Assembly (NCBI GenBank): GCA_002269645.1
Contig: NIVC01000106.1
Span: 558,001 to 622,000 of the forward strand
Length of the DNA: 64,000 nucleotides
DNA from: Macrostomum lignano
Taxonomy: Eukaryota
Direction: 5' to 3'
The translations under genes were made by a program, and so were the position numbers. Below the pieces are notes generated by a model. That model did no database searches and had not been told where the DNA came from. It saw only the letters and a list, made by a program, of their open reading frames with translations. This document shows positions 12,751-23,394 of this stretch, piece after piece. How positions within the stretch are numbered: the stretch's first letter is position 1; each line of letters opens with the position of its first letter.

Positions 12751-15700
12751 TCAGTCCTCCAGCAGCATGCGGTTCTGCTTGGCGCTCTGCAGCTCCTTCC
12801 GCGACTCGCGCATCTGACAAGCGGCCTGAGTCAGGTAGCGTCTTCTCCGCTGCCTGCCCTCCTTCTCTCGCAGCAGATCCAGGATGTCCACCTGGTCGCT
12901 GCCGCCGGCAAACAGTCGGGTCATGTCGGCAACCAGCTTGGTGGCAACGCTGTCGAGCATGTGGCACAGCACAGACATTGGCACCGTGTCCGCGATGCGC
13001 TGAGAGGCCAGCATCAGGTAGGCTCTGGTTCCCAGGCGAATTTGCTCCTCGTGTGATGGGTCGCTTGAGGCGGCTAGTGCTGTTGGTCCCCTGGAATGAA
13101 TTGGTCAAGGACCGTCACGGTTAATTAACATTATGGAAGTTTAAAAGTATTATTAACATTATGGAAGTTTAAAAGTATTATTAACATCATAGTGAGGCTT
13201 ATTTGTACTAGTATGGATTGAATTTAGCACCAAGGGGCGCCAGCACCAAGGGGCTTTAGAACCAAGGGGCTTTAGAACCAAGGGGCTTTAGCACCAAGGG
13301 GCGCCAGCACCAAGGGGCGCCAGCACCAAGGGGCTTTAGCACCAAGGGGCGCCAGCACCAAGGGGCTTTAGAACCAAGGGGCTTTAGCACCAAGGGGCTT
13401 TAGCACCAAGGGGCGCCAGCACCAAGGGGCTTTAGAACCAAGGGGCGCCAGCACCAAGGGGCGCCAGCACCAAGGGGCTTTAGAACCAAGGGGCTTTAGA
13501 ACCAAGGGGCTTTAGCACCAAGGGGCTTTAGCACCAAGGGGCTTTAGCACCAAGGGGCTTTAGCACCAAGGGGCTTTAGCACCAAGGGGCTTTAGCACCA
13601 AGGGGCTTTAGCACCAAGGGGCTTTAGCACCAAGGGGCTTTAGCACCAAGGGGCTTTAGCACCAAGGGGCTTTAGCACCAAGGGGCTTTAGCACCAAGGG
13701 GCTTTAGCACCAAGGGGCTTTAGCACTAAGGGGCTTTAGCACCAAGGGGCTTTAGCACCAAGGGGCGCCAGCACCAAGGGGCTTTAGCACCAAGGGGCGC
13801 CAGCACCAAGGGGCGCCAGCACCAAGGGGCGCCAGCACCAAGGGGCGCCAGCACCAAGGGGCGCCAGCACCAAGGGGCGCCAGCACCAAGGGGCGCCAGC
13901 ACCAAGGGGCGCCAGCACCAAGGGGCTTTAGCACCAAGGGGCGCCAGCACCAAGGGGCGCCAGCACCAAGGGGCGCCAGCACCAAGGGGCGCCAGCACCA
14001 AGGGGCGCCAGCACCAAGGGGCGCCAGCACCAAGGGGCGCCAGCACCTAGGGGCGCCAGCACCTAGGGGCGCCAGCACCAAGGGGGCGCCAGCACCAAAC
14101 GGGCGCCAGCACCAAACGGGCGCCAGCACCAAGGGGCGCCAGCACCCATACCCTTCCTTAAACGCCCAATCAAAGCAATCACTCACTGAAAAACAAAATG
14201 TGGAGACTGTTTTTGCATTGTAAGAACTCGCAGCTTCTCCGAAAACTGGCTGTCCTGAGTGAACAAGCGGCGCTCGTGTGAAATCAGCTTAGCCAGGTCG
14301 GCCCGGCACTCCGCCTCTTGGGCTTCGATCGCCTTGACAACAGTTTCTTTCAAAAGTAGCAGCAGCCTTGGAAACGCTTTGAAACAGTCATCGGCCAGTT
14401 TCTCTAGCGTTTTAGTAACTTGAGACTGCACCTCACCGAGTAGCCACTTCGCCAGCTTTTCTATCTTTGGCAAATACTTTTCGAATACAATCTTCTGAAC
14501 AACAGGGTACACAAATGTGAAACTTGGAAGCTCGCGTCCTCTTCTTAGCTGCACCTCGCCGGAGACATAGTCGGGTACGCCTTTCGAGTTGTCAACGATC
14601 CAGTCTGAAATGGGCAGTTTGCCATGGACGTCAGTGGATGGCGCCGAGTACATGAGCCATGGTACTCGTAATGAAAAAACAACTCACCAGGCTGGCTCCT
14701 GCTCACAGAGTAGCCAAAGCTGGAACATTTAGTCAGGCAGCTGCTGTACAGACTGCTGGAGCTGCCCGTCGCGAATGCGTCCTCTGAACTAGCCGTGGCG
14801 GCATGTACTTTTGAGGCAAACTGCTGCAGCTTGCGCATCAGGTAGGCTCTCTTGTCGCTGTCTGTCTCGCACAGACTGTCCTCCAGGTCTTTCAGCTCGT
14901 ATTCGTAGTCCTTCAGCTTGCTCTGCGTGAAAATTAAAAATGTTAAATTTACTTTTGCAGACTGGCTTTAGGTGAGGATAAAAAGGAGAGGGAGGAGAGG
15001 AGAGAAGAGAAGAGGGGAGAGAGGAGAGATGAGGGGAGAGAGGAGAGAACAGGGGAGAGAGGAGAGAACAGGGGAGAGAGGAGAGATGAGGGGAGAGAGG
15101 AGAGAACAGGGGAGAGAGGAGAGAACAGGGGAGAGAGGAGAGAAGAGGGGAGAAAGGAGAGAAGAGGGGAGACACAAAAGAAGAAGGGAGAAGGGAGAGA
15201 ACAGGGGAGAGAGGAGAGATGAGGGGAGAGAGGAGAGAACAGGGGAGAGAGGAGAGAAAAGGGGAGAGAGGAGAGAAGAGGGGAGAAAGGAGAGAAGAGG
15301 GGAGACACAAAATAAGAAGGGAGAAGGGAGAGAAGAGGGGAGAGAGGAGAGGAGAGGGGAGACACAAAAGAAGAGGGGAGAGAAGAGAGGAGAGAGCTGA
15401 GAAGACACAAGCACAAACAGATCCCCAGATTGTAATTCTGAAGTTTTAAAGGACCCGGGGGCCGGATGGAGAGGCCTCGCGGGCCGGAGTTTTGCTTCAT
15501 CCGAAATTGGCTTACCTTCAGACTCTCCTCTAGAGTCTCAATGCCAGCAGCCACAGCCTTGAACAATTCGTTTGTCAGCTTCTCTGCCAGCGTCTTTGTG
15601 CCAACGATATCCTTTGGCAGCTGGCTGAAGTGCGGATCGTTTTTGAAATAATCCTCCTCGATTTTGGCCACCTCGCTCAGACTGATGTTGTTCCTGAGCT

Positions 15701-17637
15701 CCTTGGGACTGCGGCATTTCACCATGACAAAGCCTTTGTGCAGTCGCACCCTGCCTTGGTTGTTGACGATGGCTTTGATGTCCTCCTCGCTGCCAGGGTT
15801 GGTCAGGTCCGGGCAAGTCAGGACTCCGATCGTCCTGGTGCCCCTTGGGTCCACTTGTTTGGCTAGAGCGATGGCCTCCACTGTCTCGATGTCCACGCTA
15901 CAGGGTACAACAACCAGGATGATCACCTGCTCCTGGCTGATGTAAGACAGAATCAGCTGCTTGGTGACCTCGTTGATCTTCGGATTCTTCTCAGAGTACC
16001 TGGCAATGCCGGGCAGGTCAACCAGGGTGAGGTCAGACACATCCGCGCTCTCAATGGTCAGGTCGATCTGCTCCGTAGACACGCCGTTCGAGTCGCCAGT
16101 GATTTCGTTTTGTACTTTGCGCACTATTTCGCCTACTTCACATGTTTTCGATATGCTGCGCTCGATGTGCTCGCCCTGGCGATTTTGGTAGCTGATGACG
16201 GGGGTTTTAAAGGGTGTCTTGTCAGTGAATCTCGCACTACGAGCTACTTGTAACGTTGCAGCTTGGAACACAGCACATGAAGAACTTCTGCAGGCTGGCT
16301 TTGGGCGAGGAGAGAAAAGGCCGGAGAGGGGAGAGGAGAAAACAGAGGGAGAGGAGAGAACAGGGGGAGAGGAGAGAACAGGGGGAGAGAGGAGAGAACA
16401 GGGGGAGAGGGGAGAGAACAGGGGGAGAGGAGAGAACAGGGGGAGAGGGGAGAGAACAGGGGGAGAGAGGAGAGAACAGGGGGAGAGAGGAGAGAACAGG
16501 GGGAGAGGGGAGAGAACAGGGGGAGAGGAGAGAACAGGGGGAGAGGGAGAGAACAGGGGGAGAGAGGAGAGAACAGGGGGAGAGGGGAGAGAACAGGGGG
16601 AGAGGAGAGAACAGGGGGAGAGAGGAGAGAACAGGGGGAGAGAGGAGAGAACAGGGGGAGAGGGGAGAGAACAGGGGGAGAGGAGAGAACAGGGGGAGAG
16701 GGGAGAGAACAGGGGGAGAGGAGAGAACAGGGGAAGAGAGGAGAAAAGAGGGGAGAGAGGAGAAGAGGGGAGAGAGGAGAGAAGAGGAGAGAGAGGAGAG
16801 AAGAGGAGAGAGAGAAGAGGGGAGAGAGGAGAGAACAGGGGAGACAGAGGAGAGAACAGGGAGAGGAGAGAAGAGCAGACAATTTCATCAATTTCAATTT
16901 TGAACCAATTTCATTTTTGACAATATCAATGAAGCGCTGCGCTCCAGGCTGAAACGAAGTTGAATGTAAACGCATCTACTAAAAAGCCACGACCCCTGGT
17001 TCGATTCAATGTTTTGACCACATTCATTTGGGACTTGTGCGCACAAAGATTGGCCCAGGGGGTGTCGTAGGCCAGCCCCCCCCAAAGCCTGACGATTAGA
17101 ACGAAAGTCAGGGCCGCTGTACACACCCTGTGTGAGCATACACTGTAATAAGTCAAACAGGAGTTCAAAGGACGTGAATTGATATCTGAACTATAAAGAT
17201 GCTCACCTAATCCTGCCAGTCCAGTCTCCAGTTGGCTTTGAGCGCATGCTCAGCTGCAGCGGGCAGCGAGTCACAATGCCGCTACCGCGCGGCAAGTCCA
17301 CGCCCGAGATGGCCTCCAGCACGCTGGATTTGCCTACCGATTGGTCGCCCACAACGGCTACTGTGGGCAGGCGGAGCTCATTTTGTAGGCCGTGCGACCG
17401 GAGACGATCGATGCTGTTCAGCACTGGCCGGATTCGCTCGCGATACTGCTGACTGAGCGCTGGAGTGAACGGCTTGGAGGCGTCTGCAGCAGCGTCTGGC
17501 GACACAGTCTCAGTGGCACCAGGGCTCTTGACCTGTTTCGCCGGGGTCGGGCCGTCAGAGGACTTGTGCTGCTGTGGGAGAAAAGGTAGTAGTAGTAGTA
17601 GTAGTAGTAATAGTAGTAGTAGTAGTAGTAGTAGTAA

Positions 17638-17729
<92 letters not shown>

Positions 17730-17748
17730 ATAGTAGTAGTAGTAGTAA

Positions 17749-17813
<65 letters not shown>

Positions 17814-17814
17814 A

Positions 17815-17861
<47 letters not shown>

Positions 17862-17867
17862 ATAGTT

Positions 17868-17936
<69 letters not shown>

Positions 17937-18039
17937 ATAGTAGTAGTAGTAGTAGTAGTAGTAGTAACAGTAGTAGTAGTAGTAGCAGTAGTAGTAGTAT
18001 TAGTAGTAGTAGTAGTATTAGTAGTAGTAGTAGTAGTAA

Positions 18040-18120
<81 letters not shown>

Positions 18121-18694
18121 TAGTACAAAAGTTTACAAGCAAATAGCTTGTAGCTTTCGTTTTGTTCTATTAGTCTTCCGCTACAGACCTATAACAACGA
18201 CAGTACGTGGCCGTGGGTAACAAAACCTGGAATTTTCTGAACGACCAAACAAACGGATAATTTTACGTTAATATAATAAATCTTTATTATTGGTTATACG
18301 TGCCCCGATTGGGGCCATGCAGATGTGCAACCGACAGCTCAGCCGCAGTTATTGCGCGGCGCATCTGAAGACTGCGTACGGCTGTTTAGTCCAAGGACTT
18401 AGGGGGGTCGCTACACACCCTCAATTATCCCCCAGCTAATGCTGGCACCCATTTCAAAGCTGGGTGAACTGAAGCAATGCAGAGTTAAGTGTCTTGCTCA
18501 ATAAGGACACAGCTTGTTCCAGCAGGATCGGGAATCGTTAACGTTAACACTTACAGATACAGAATTACGAGCTACAATGAGCTACACTCCGACTCCTACA
18601 GTAACTTCTAGCATGGCAAAAGCAAAGCATGCAGTACAAAATAACTCACCCGCTTGTTTGCTACAGAGCATGACGCACTACGTAGCGATGACAT
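12751..18694 (-). CDS. Mx: Mx-like dynamin-family GTPase, 6 exons, 692 aa
   Basis: Exons 18694-18650, 17571-17207, 16191-15516, 14922-14688, 14604-14187, 13090-12751. All junctions are GT-AG and phase-compatible (0,2,0,1,2); total 2079 nt. Motifs: G1 [22 protein letters not shown]3 DLPG, G4 [13 protein letters not shown], stalk [27 protein letters not shown]. No PH or PRD domain, which fits Mx. Exon 1 is the least certain. Confidence 0.92.
13226..14146. repeat. 16-bp AGCACCAAGGGG(CTTT/CGCC) satellite in Mx intron 5
   Basis: Two alternating unit variants; the same family occurs inverted at 32275-33580. Confidence 0.96.
14985..15405. repeat. Polypurine GA-rich repeat in Mx intron 3
   Basis: GGAGAGAACAGGGGAGAGA-type units. 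Confidence 0.93.
16305..16875. repeat. Polypurine GA-rich repeat in Mx intron 2
   Basis: GGAGAGAACAGGGGGAGA units. Confidence 0.93.
16988..17145 (+). mobile_element. Diverged, 5'-truncated SINE family A relative in Mx intron 2
   Basis: B-box GGTTCGATTC, CACATTCATTTGGGAC and AGGGCCGCTGTACAC..TGTGTGAG blocks shared with family A. Confidence 0.6.
17587..18124. repeat. (TAG)n/(CTA)n microsatellite, ~180 units, in Mx intron 1
   Basis: Direct reading; the poly-S/T/V ORFs are artefacts. Confidence 0.98.
18305..18590 (-). mobile_element. SINE family B copy in Mx intron 1
   Basis: Shares the 3' body and the CORE-like GTGTCCTT...AGCAAGACACTTAACTCTGCATTGCTTCAGTTCACCCAG block with the 54620 copy; head is decayed. 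Confidence 0.8.
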
Positions 18695-19283
18695 TTTAGG
18701 TTGATACAGTTTCTCTTTTAAAACTAAATAAAGCGTTTTTTGAAAACTTAAAATTTAAGTTAAATTAAAACTTAAGATTAGGAATAACAACGGTGTATAT
18801 ACTCTTCTTTGCTCACTGGTACATCACTATCCGTTGGCTTTTCTACGAGTAGATATACCTATTTTAACCAGCTTATAACACTTGCTCTAGCGACACTGTA
18901 CATTCCTCTCATCAATGTACATTCAGGTCTTAACGTGCACGTAAAGAACTGCTGTCAGCATTTCTAGGAAATTCCCGCATATATTGCGGATGAACTATTT
19001 ACTAGAAATGTTTTGTCTGCATCAATTGATTTTTGCAATTGATCGGTGTAATAAACTAGAAAAAATACCTTACGGATATAGGTATTCATTTTTTAGAACA
19101 AATACTCTTATTGCTTTGGTAGGAGGCAGACCCAGTGCTCATCTTTTGATATGTTGTGCCTTTCCTACAGTATAGCTCTATTGATCTTTATAAAGCTCTT
19201 CAGTTAGAAAATTAGGGTTCAATGTCATTTTTTCTTCTACGTACAATCTTACATGTCGTCCTGTGCCTAAATACTATAAAAAT

Positions 19284-19622
19284 CAACGTCTCTAGTCATT
19301 GTCCAGAAGACACAGCCTGGCGTAATGACAAACTCAACTGGCCATTATTTCAGCTACTTCTCGTCAGCTCAAGCCTATCATCAGCTTATTCATAGTCTAT
19401 GGCCCAACAGCTTTTTTATTTATAGTCTATGGCCCAACCACCGCCCTCTTTACGCAGTCGCACGCACGCAGATTCTTACCCTGAAATAATGACCGCTTCC
19501 GGCACGCTGAAATAATGGCCAGGCTGTGTCTTATAGACAATGACGTTGCGTAGTAGGTAAGGGGCTGAAATAATGGCGCACTCGTGTTTGGCCATTATTT
19601 CAGCCCCTTACCTACTACGCAA
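19284..19622. repeat. Nested inverted-repeat (foldback/MITE-like) element
   Basis: Perfect 32-bp stem 19546-19577 / 19591-19622 with a 13-nt loop; second inverted pair ~19295-19355 vs ~19506-19545. Confidence 0.85.
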
Positions 19623-19967
19623 TCTACCACACTGTGTGCAAGAGATGAAAATAAGGTTGATTTATAAAACTGAAAAAGGAATTCGTTCGTAAGAAAATGT
19701 GCTTTATAATGCAGTTGCACCAATAAATTTAGCTCCTTGCTTACTGCGCACCCCGAATGGGGCACTAGATTGCTAGTCGAATCTTATTTTCTAAGCGAAA
19801 AGCTCTATACTGCATTTGTGTCCGATTAAAAGCCAATAGCAATTCTTGTGCCGAAAAATGAAAACCTCCATCTTCGCAATGCACTTTACTCGGTAAAATC
19901 AGCCTCCTAAATTTCCCAAGAAACGTAATTAATAGTTTCCCGTTTATCTACTTGAAATAGTTGAATA

Positions 19968-20972
19968 CTGAGGAACTGGGAAGCTGGCCCAGCAACTGAG
20001 GATCTGGGAGGCTGGCCCAGCAACTGAGGATCTGGGAGGCTGGCCCAGCAACTGCAGAGGATCTGGGAGGCTGGCCCAGCAACTGAGGATCTGGGAGGCT
20101 GGCCCAGCAACTGCAGAGGATCTGGGAGGCTGGCCCAGCAACTGAGGATCTGGGAGGCTGGCCCAACAACTGAGGATCTGGGAGGCTGGCCCAGCAACTG
20201 CAGAGGATCTGGGAGGCTGGCCCAGCAACTGAGGATCTGGGAGGCTGGCCCAGCAACTGCAGAGGATCTGGGAGGCTGGCCCAGCAACTGAGGATCTGGG
20301 AGGCTGGCCCAGCAACTGCAGAGGATCTGGGAGGCTGGCCCAGCAACTGAGGATTTGGGAGGCTGGCCCAGCAACTGAGGATCTGGGAGGCTGGCCCAGC
20401 AACTGAGGAACTGGGAGGCTGGCCCAGCAACTGAGGATCTGGGAGGCTGGCCCAGTAACTGAGGAACTGGGAAGCTGGCCCAGCAATTGAGGATCTGGGA
20501 GGCTGGCCCAGCAACTGCAGAGGATCTGGGAGGCTGGCCTAGCAATTGAGGATCTGGGAGGCTGGCCCAGCAACTGCAGAGGATCTGGGAGGCTGGCCCA
20601 GCAACTGAGGATCTGGGAGGCTGGCCCAGCAACTGCAGAGGATCTGGGAGGCTGGCCCAGCAACTGAGGATCTGGGAGGCTGGCCCAGCAACTGCAGAGG
20701 ATCTGGGAGGCTGGCCCAACAACTGAGGATCTGGGAGGCTGGCCCAACAACTGAGGAACTGGGAGGCTGGCCCAGCAACTGAGGATCTGGGAGGCTGGCC
20801 CAGCAACTGAGGATCTGGGAAGCTGGCCCAGCAACTGAGGATCTGGGAGGCTGGCCCAGCAACTGAGGATCTGGGAGGCTGGCCCAGCAACTGAGGATCT
20901 GGGAGGCTGGCCCAGCAACTGAGGATCTGGGAGGCTGGCCCAGCAACTGAGGATCTGGGAGGCTGGCCCAGC
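19968..20972. repeat. GAGGATCTGGGAGGCTGGCCCAGC satellite, array 2
   Basis: 28-bp (CAACTGAG) and 31-bp (CAACTGCAGAG) units; same orientation as array 1. Confidence 0.96.
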
Positions 20973-21224
20973 TAAGACTATAGTTGGAAAAAGACACACG
21001 CATGAATCACACGCATTAAAGGTTTCCCCCCAAAAGCCAGCTAAACACCTTCAAAGCCACAACGCGATACGTGCCATCATATTTTTTAATTTTCTAAACG
21101 GAAAAGCCTTTGTTTTACATTTTCCACCTTTATAAATGTACTTTTCAAACGATGTATACCTCAATGGACACGCAATCAGAAAGAATCGCCATGTCAATCA
21201 TAATTGATTCCTGGGGAATCGCTA

Positions 21225-21430
21225 AGATGTCAAGACTCATGAGGAGAATTGCTGAGATTTCAAGGCTTATGAGGGGAATCGCTGAGATGTCAAGGCTCAC
21301 GATTTGAATTGCTGAGATGTCAAGGCTCACGATTTGAATTGCTGAGATGTCAAGGCTCAGGAAGAGAATTGCTGAGATGTCAAGGCTCAGGAAGAGAATT
21401 GCTGAGATGTCAAGGCTCACGAGGTGAATT
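21225..21430. repeat. 30-bp tandem repeat
   Basis: GAATTGCTGAGATGTCAAGGCTCACGATTT units. Confidence 0.9.
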
Positions 21431-21909
21431 TCTAAAATTCTTTGTCTGTCTTTTAAGGCGGATGCTTTTTTGCATCATTTTCCTTAAGAAATTAACAATA
21501 GTGACTCTGCGAGGCCAAAAACCGACATTATTGTGGTTCATTCAAAGTGTTGATTTATTTTTTTGCTGCCTCCGCAATGAGGGGCCGCAGGTTGACATTT
21601 CTTCTGTCTTCAGTTTCTCTACAACCGCAAAGATAAGAAAATATGCAATTTATTCTTTGAGGCTCTTTACTCAAAACAATAAGACTAAAAAATCTTCTCC
21701 CAACAAATTTGAAATTTGCAAAAAGGAACCGAGTAAAACAAACAGCGCTTAATGCAGTCACTGAAGTGAGTTCAGGTATTCAATTATTCCCTGTATATTT
21801 TCCATATTCCGCATAGAGATCTTTCATGATCAGGTGTGTCTGAGAAGCGTCCCGACGGCATCAGTAGCGCAGAACACCGATTGAAACTTATTGAGCTTCA
21901 CCACCCCCA

Positions 21910-22110
21910 CTACCACCACCACCACCACCAACTATGCGTAGCGCTGCACGTGTCCCCTACGTTGCAACTGGAATCTCCATAGCATATTTCGTTAATACAA
22001 AAGCAGATGTCACTTAGACACTGGGGGCTTTTATATCGATCGAAATTAAAAGCTTCAACTGCTACCATAGAAACGATGAGAACCAGAACCTGAACAAACA
22101 GAACTCGCAT
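21910..22110 (-). CDS. Putative secreted 6-cysteine peptide with a C-terminal hexa-tryptophan tail (66 aa)
   Basis: ATG at 22110. Signal-peptide-like MRVLFVQVLVLIVSMVAVEA, then FNFDRYKSPQCLSDICFCINEICYGDSSCNVGDTCSATHSWWWWWW*. TATAAATA at 22198-22191; AATAAA at 21654-21649 on the minus strand. Confidence 0.7.
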   Translation of the reverse strand: MRVLFVQVLVLIVSMVAVEAFNFDRYKSPQCLSDICFCINEICYGDSSCNVGDTCSATHSWWWWWW

Positions 22111-22190
22111 GCCTGCTTCTTGAAGCTGTTTGGAGTCAATAATCTTGTATTGTATAAGAATTGATTGGGTGTCCGTGCCGCTGTAACTTT

Positions 22191-22198
22191 TATTTATA
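22191..22198 (-). promoter_or_regulatory. TATA box of the small secreted peptide gene
   Basis: TATAAATAAAA about 80 nt upstream of the ATG at 22110. Confidence 0.55.
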
Positions 22199-22679
22199 GA
22201 CTCAAGATTCCATAAAAATCGACAAGCAGCAGTTCTCAAATTCGACTTCCTGTCAAGATTACAATAAAATTTCTATTTCCCTAGATTTTAATCCAGCAAC
22301 ATAAAAAAATTATTGCAATCTGAGCAGGAAGTCCCATTAAGGATTTTATGATCACGATCTCTGTAAGGAATATGAATAGTAAATTTTCTAACTGCTGAGC
22401 TCACTTTATTGATTGCATTCAGGGCTGTCTGTTTTACTTTCTTATTACTTTTGAGTAATTAATTAAAGAACCTTCTGTGAGTAAGTTACACGTCAATTCT
22501 TATCTTTGGCTGTACAGAAACTGAAAAAAGTGCAATCTGCGTAGGAGTGGGGAGGCTGGAACTTTAAAACACTTAGAAATATCGAAAACAATGATTCCCT
22601 TCTAAAGTCTCCTAAAGAAAAAAACCCCCAATATCTCTAACTCAAATCCAGCAGGGGTGTTTGGGATGGCAATTTTTTC

Positions 22680-23015
22680 GGGGTTCCGAAACCCGACCCC
22701 GAAACCCGACCCCGAAACCCGACCCCGAAACCCGACCCCGAAACACGAAACCCGACCCCGAAACCTGACCCCGAAACCCGACCCCGAAACCCGACCCCGA
22801 AACCCGACCCCGAAACCCGACCCCGAAACCCGGCCCGAAACCCGACCCCGAAACCCGACCCCGAAACCCGACCCCGAAACCCGGCCCCGAAACCCGACCC
22901 CGAAACCCGACCCCGAAACCCGACCCCGAAACCCGACCCCGAAACCCGACCCCGAAACCCGACCCCGAAACCCGACCCCGAAACCCGACCCCGAAACCCG
23001 ACCCCGAAACCCGAC
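22680..23015. repeat. 13-bp CCCCGAAACCCGA tandem repeat
   Basis: Direct reading. Confidence 0.96.
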
Positions 23016-23394
23016 CACCTTTAAATCTGCGCCCCCGTTGGAAAGGCAACAGAGAACGAATTTTTAAGCAACCATGTACAGACTTTGGCCTTGTGCAGTC
23101 ACTATTGAAAATTTCCCAAGGAAAATGATGTTTGAAGCAAAAAGGCATCCGGCCATGGCTTAACCTCAAGTTTTCTTCTTTAATTTTTGTCCTACAAACC
23201 ACTCCCAATTTTGAGACCTATCTCAGCATCTCAGAAATTCTCCCCATAAGCAACAGGATTTTAATGGAATTTTGAAGTTTCTTTAAAAACTTTTGATATG
23301 AGCGTACTATTTGGTTTTCTCTTCACTCGAGACGATATATTCTGAAGTCTATATAACTATAAATCTAAAAAGTTTGTATGTATATATGTATATG

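Noticed and set aside
17088-17112. CTGACGA...CGAAA hammerhead-like string
   Set aside because: Stem II cannot close (T/C), and homologous SINE copies have CCTAAC, which breaks the core; it is better explained as the SINE hairpin.
7105-18694. ITSN-Mx adjacency echoing human chromosome 21
   Set aside because: The human genes are megabases apart and Mx orthology is unproven; one pair cannot support conserved synteny.
18707-18719. ISRE-like AAAAGAGAAACT just upstream of the Mx ATG
   Set aside because: One mismatch, single copy, AT-rich context and probably within the 5' UTR; a chance match is likely.
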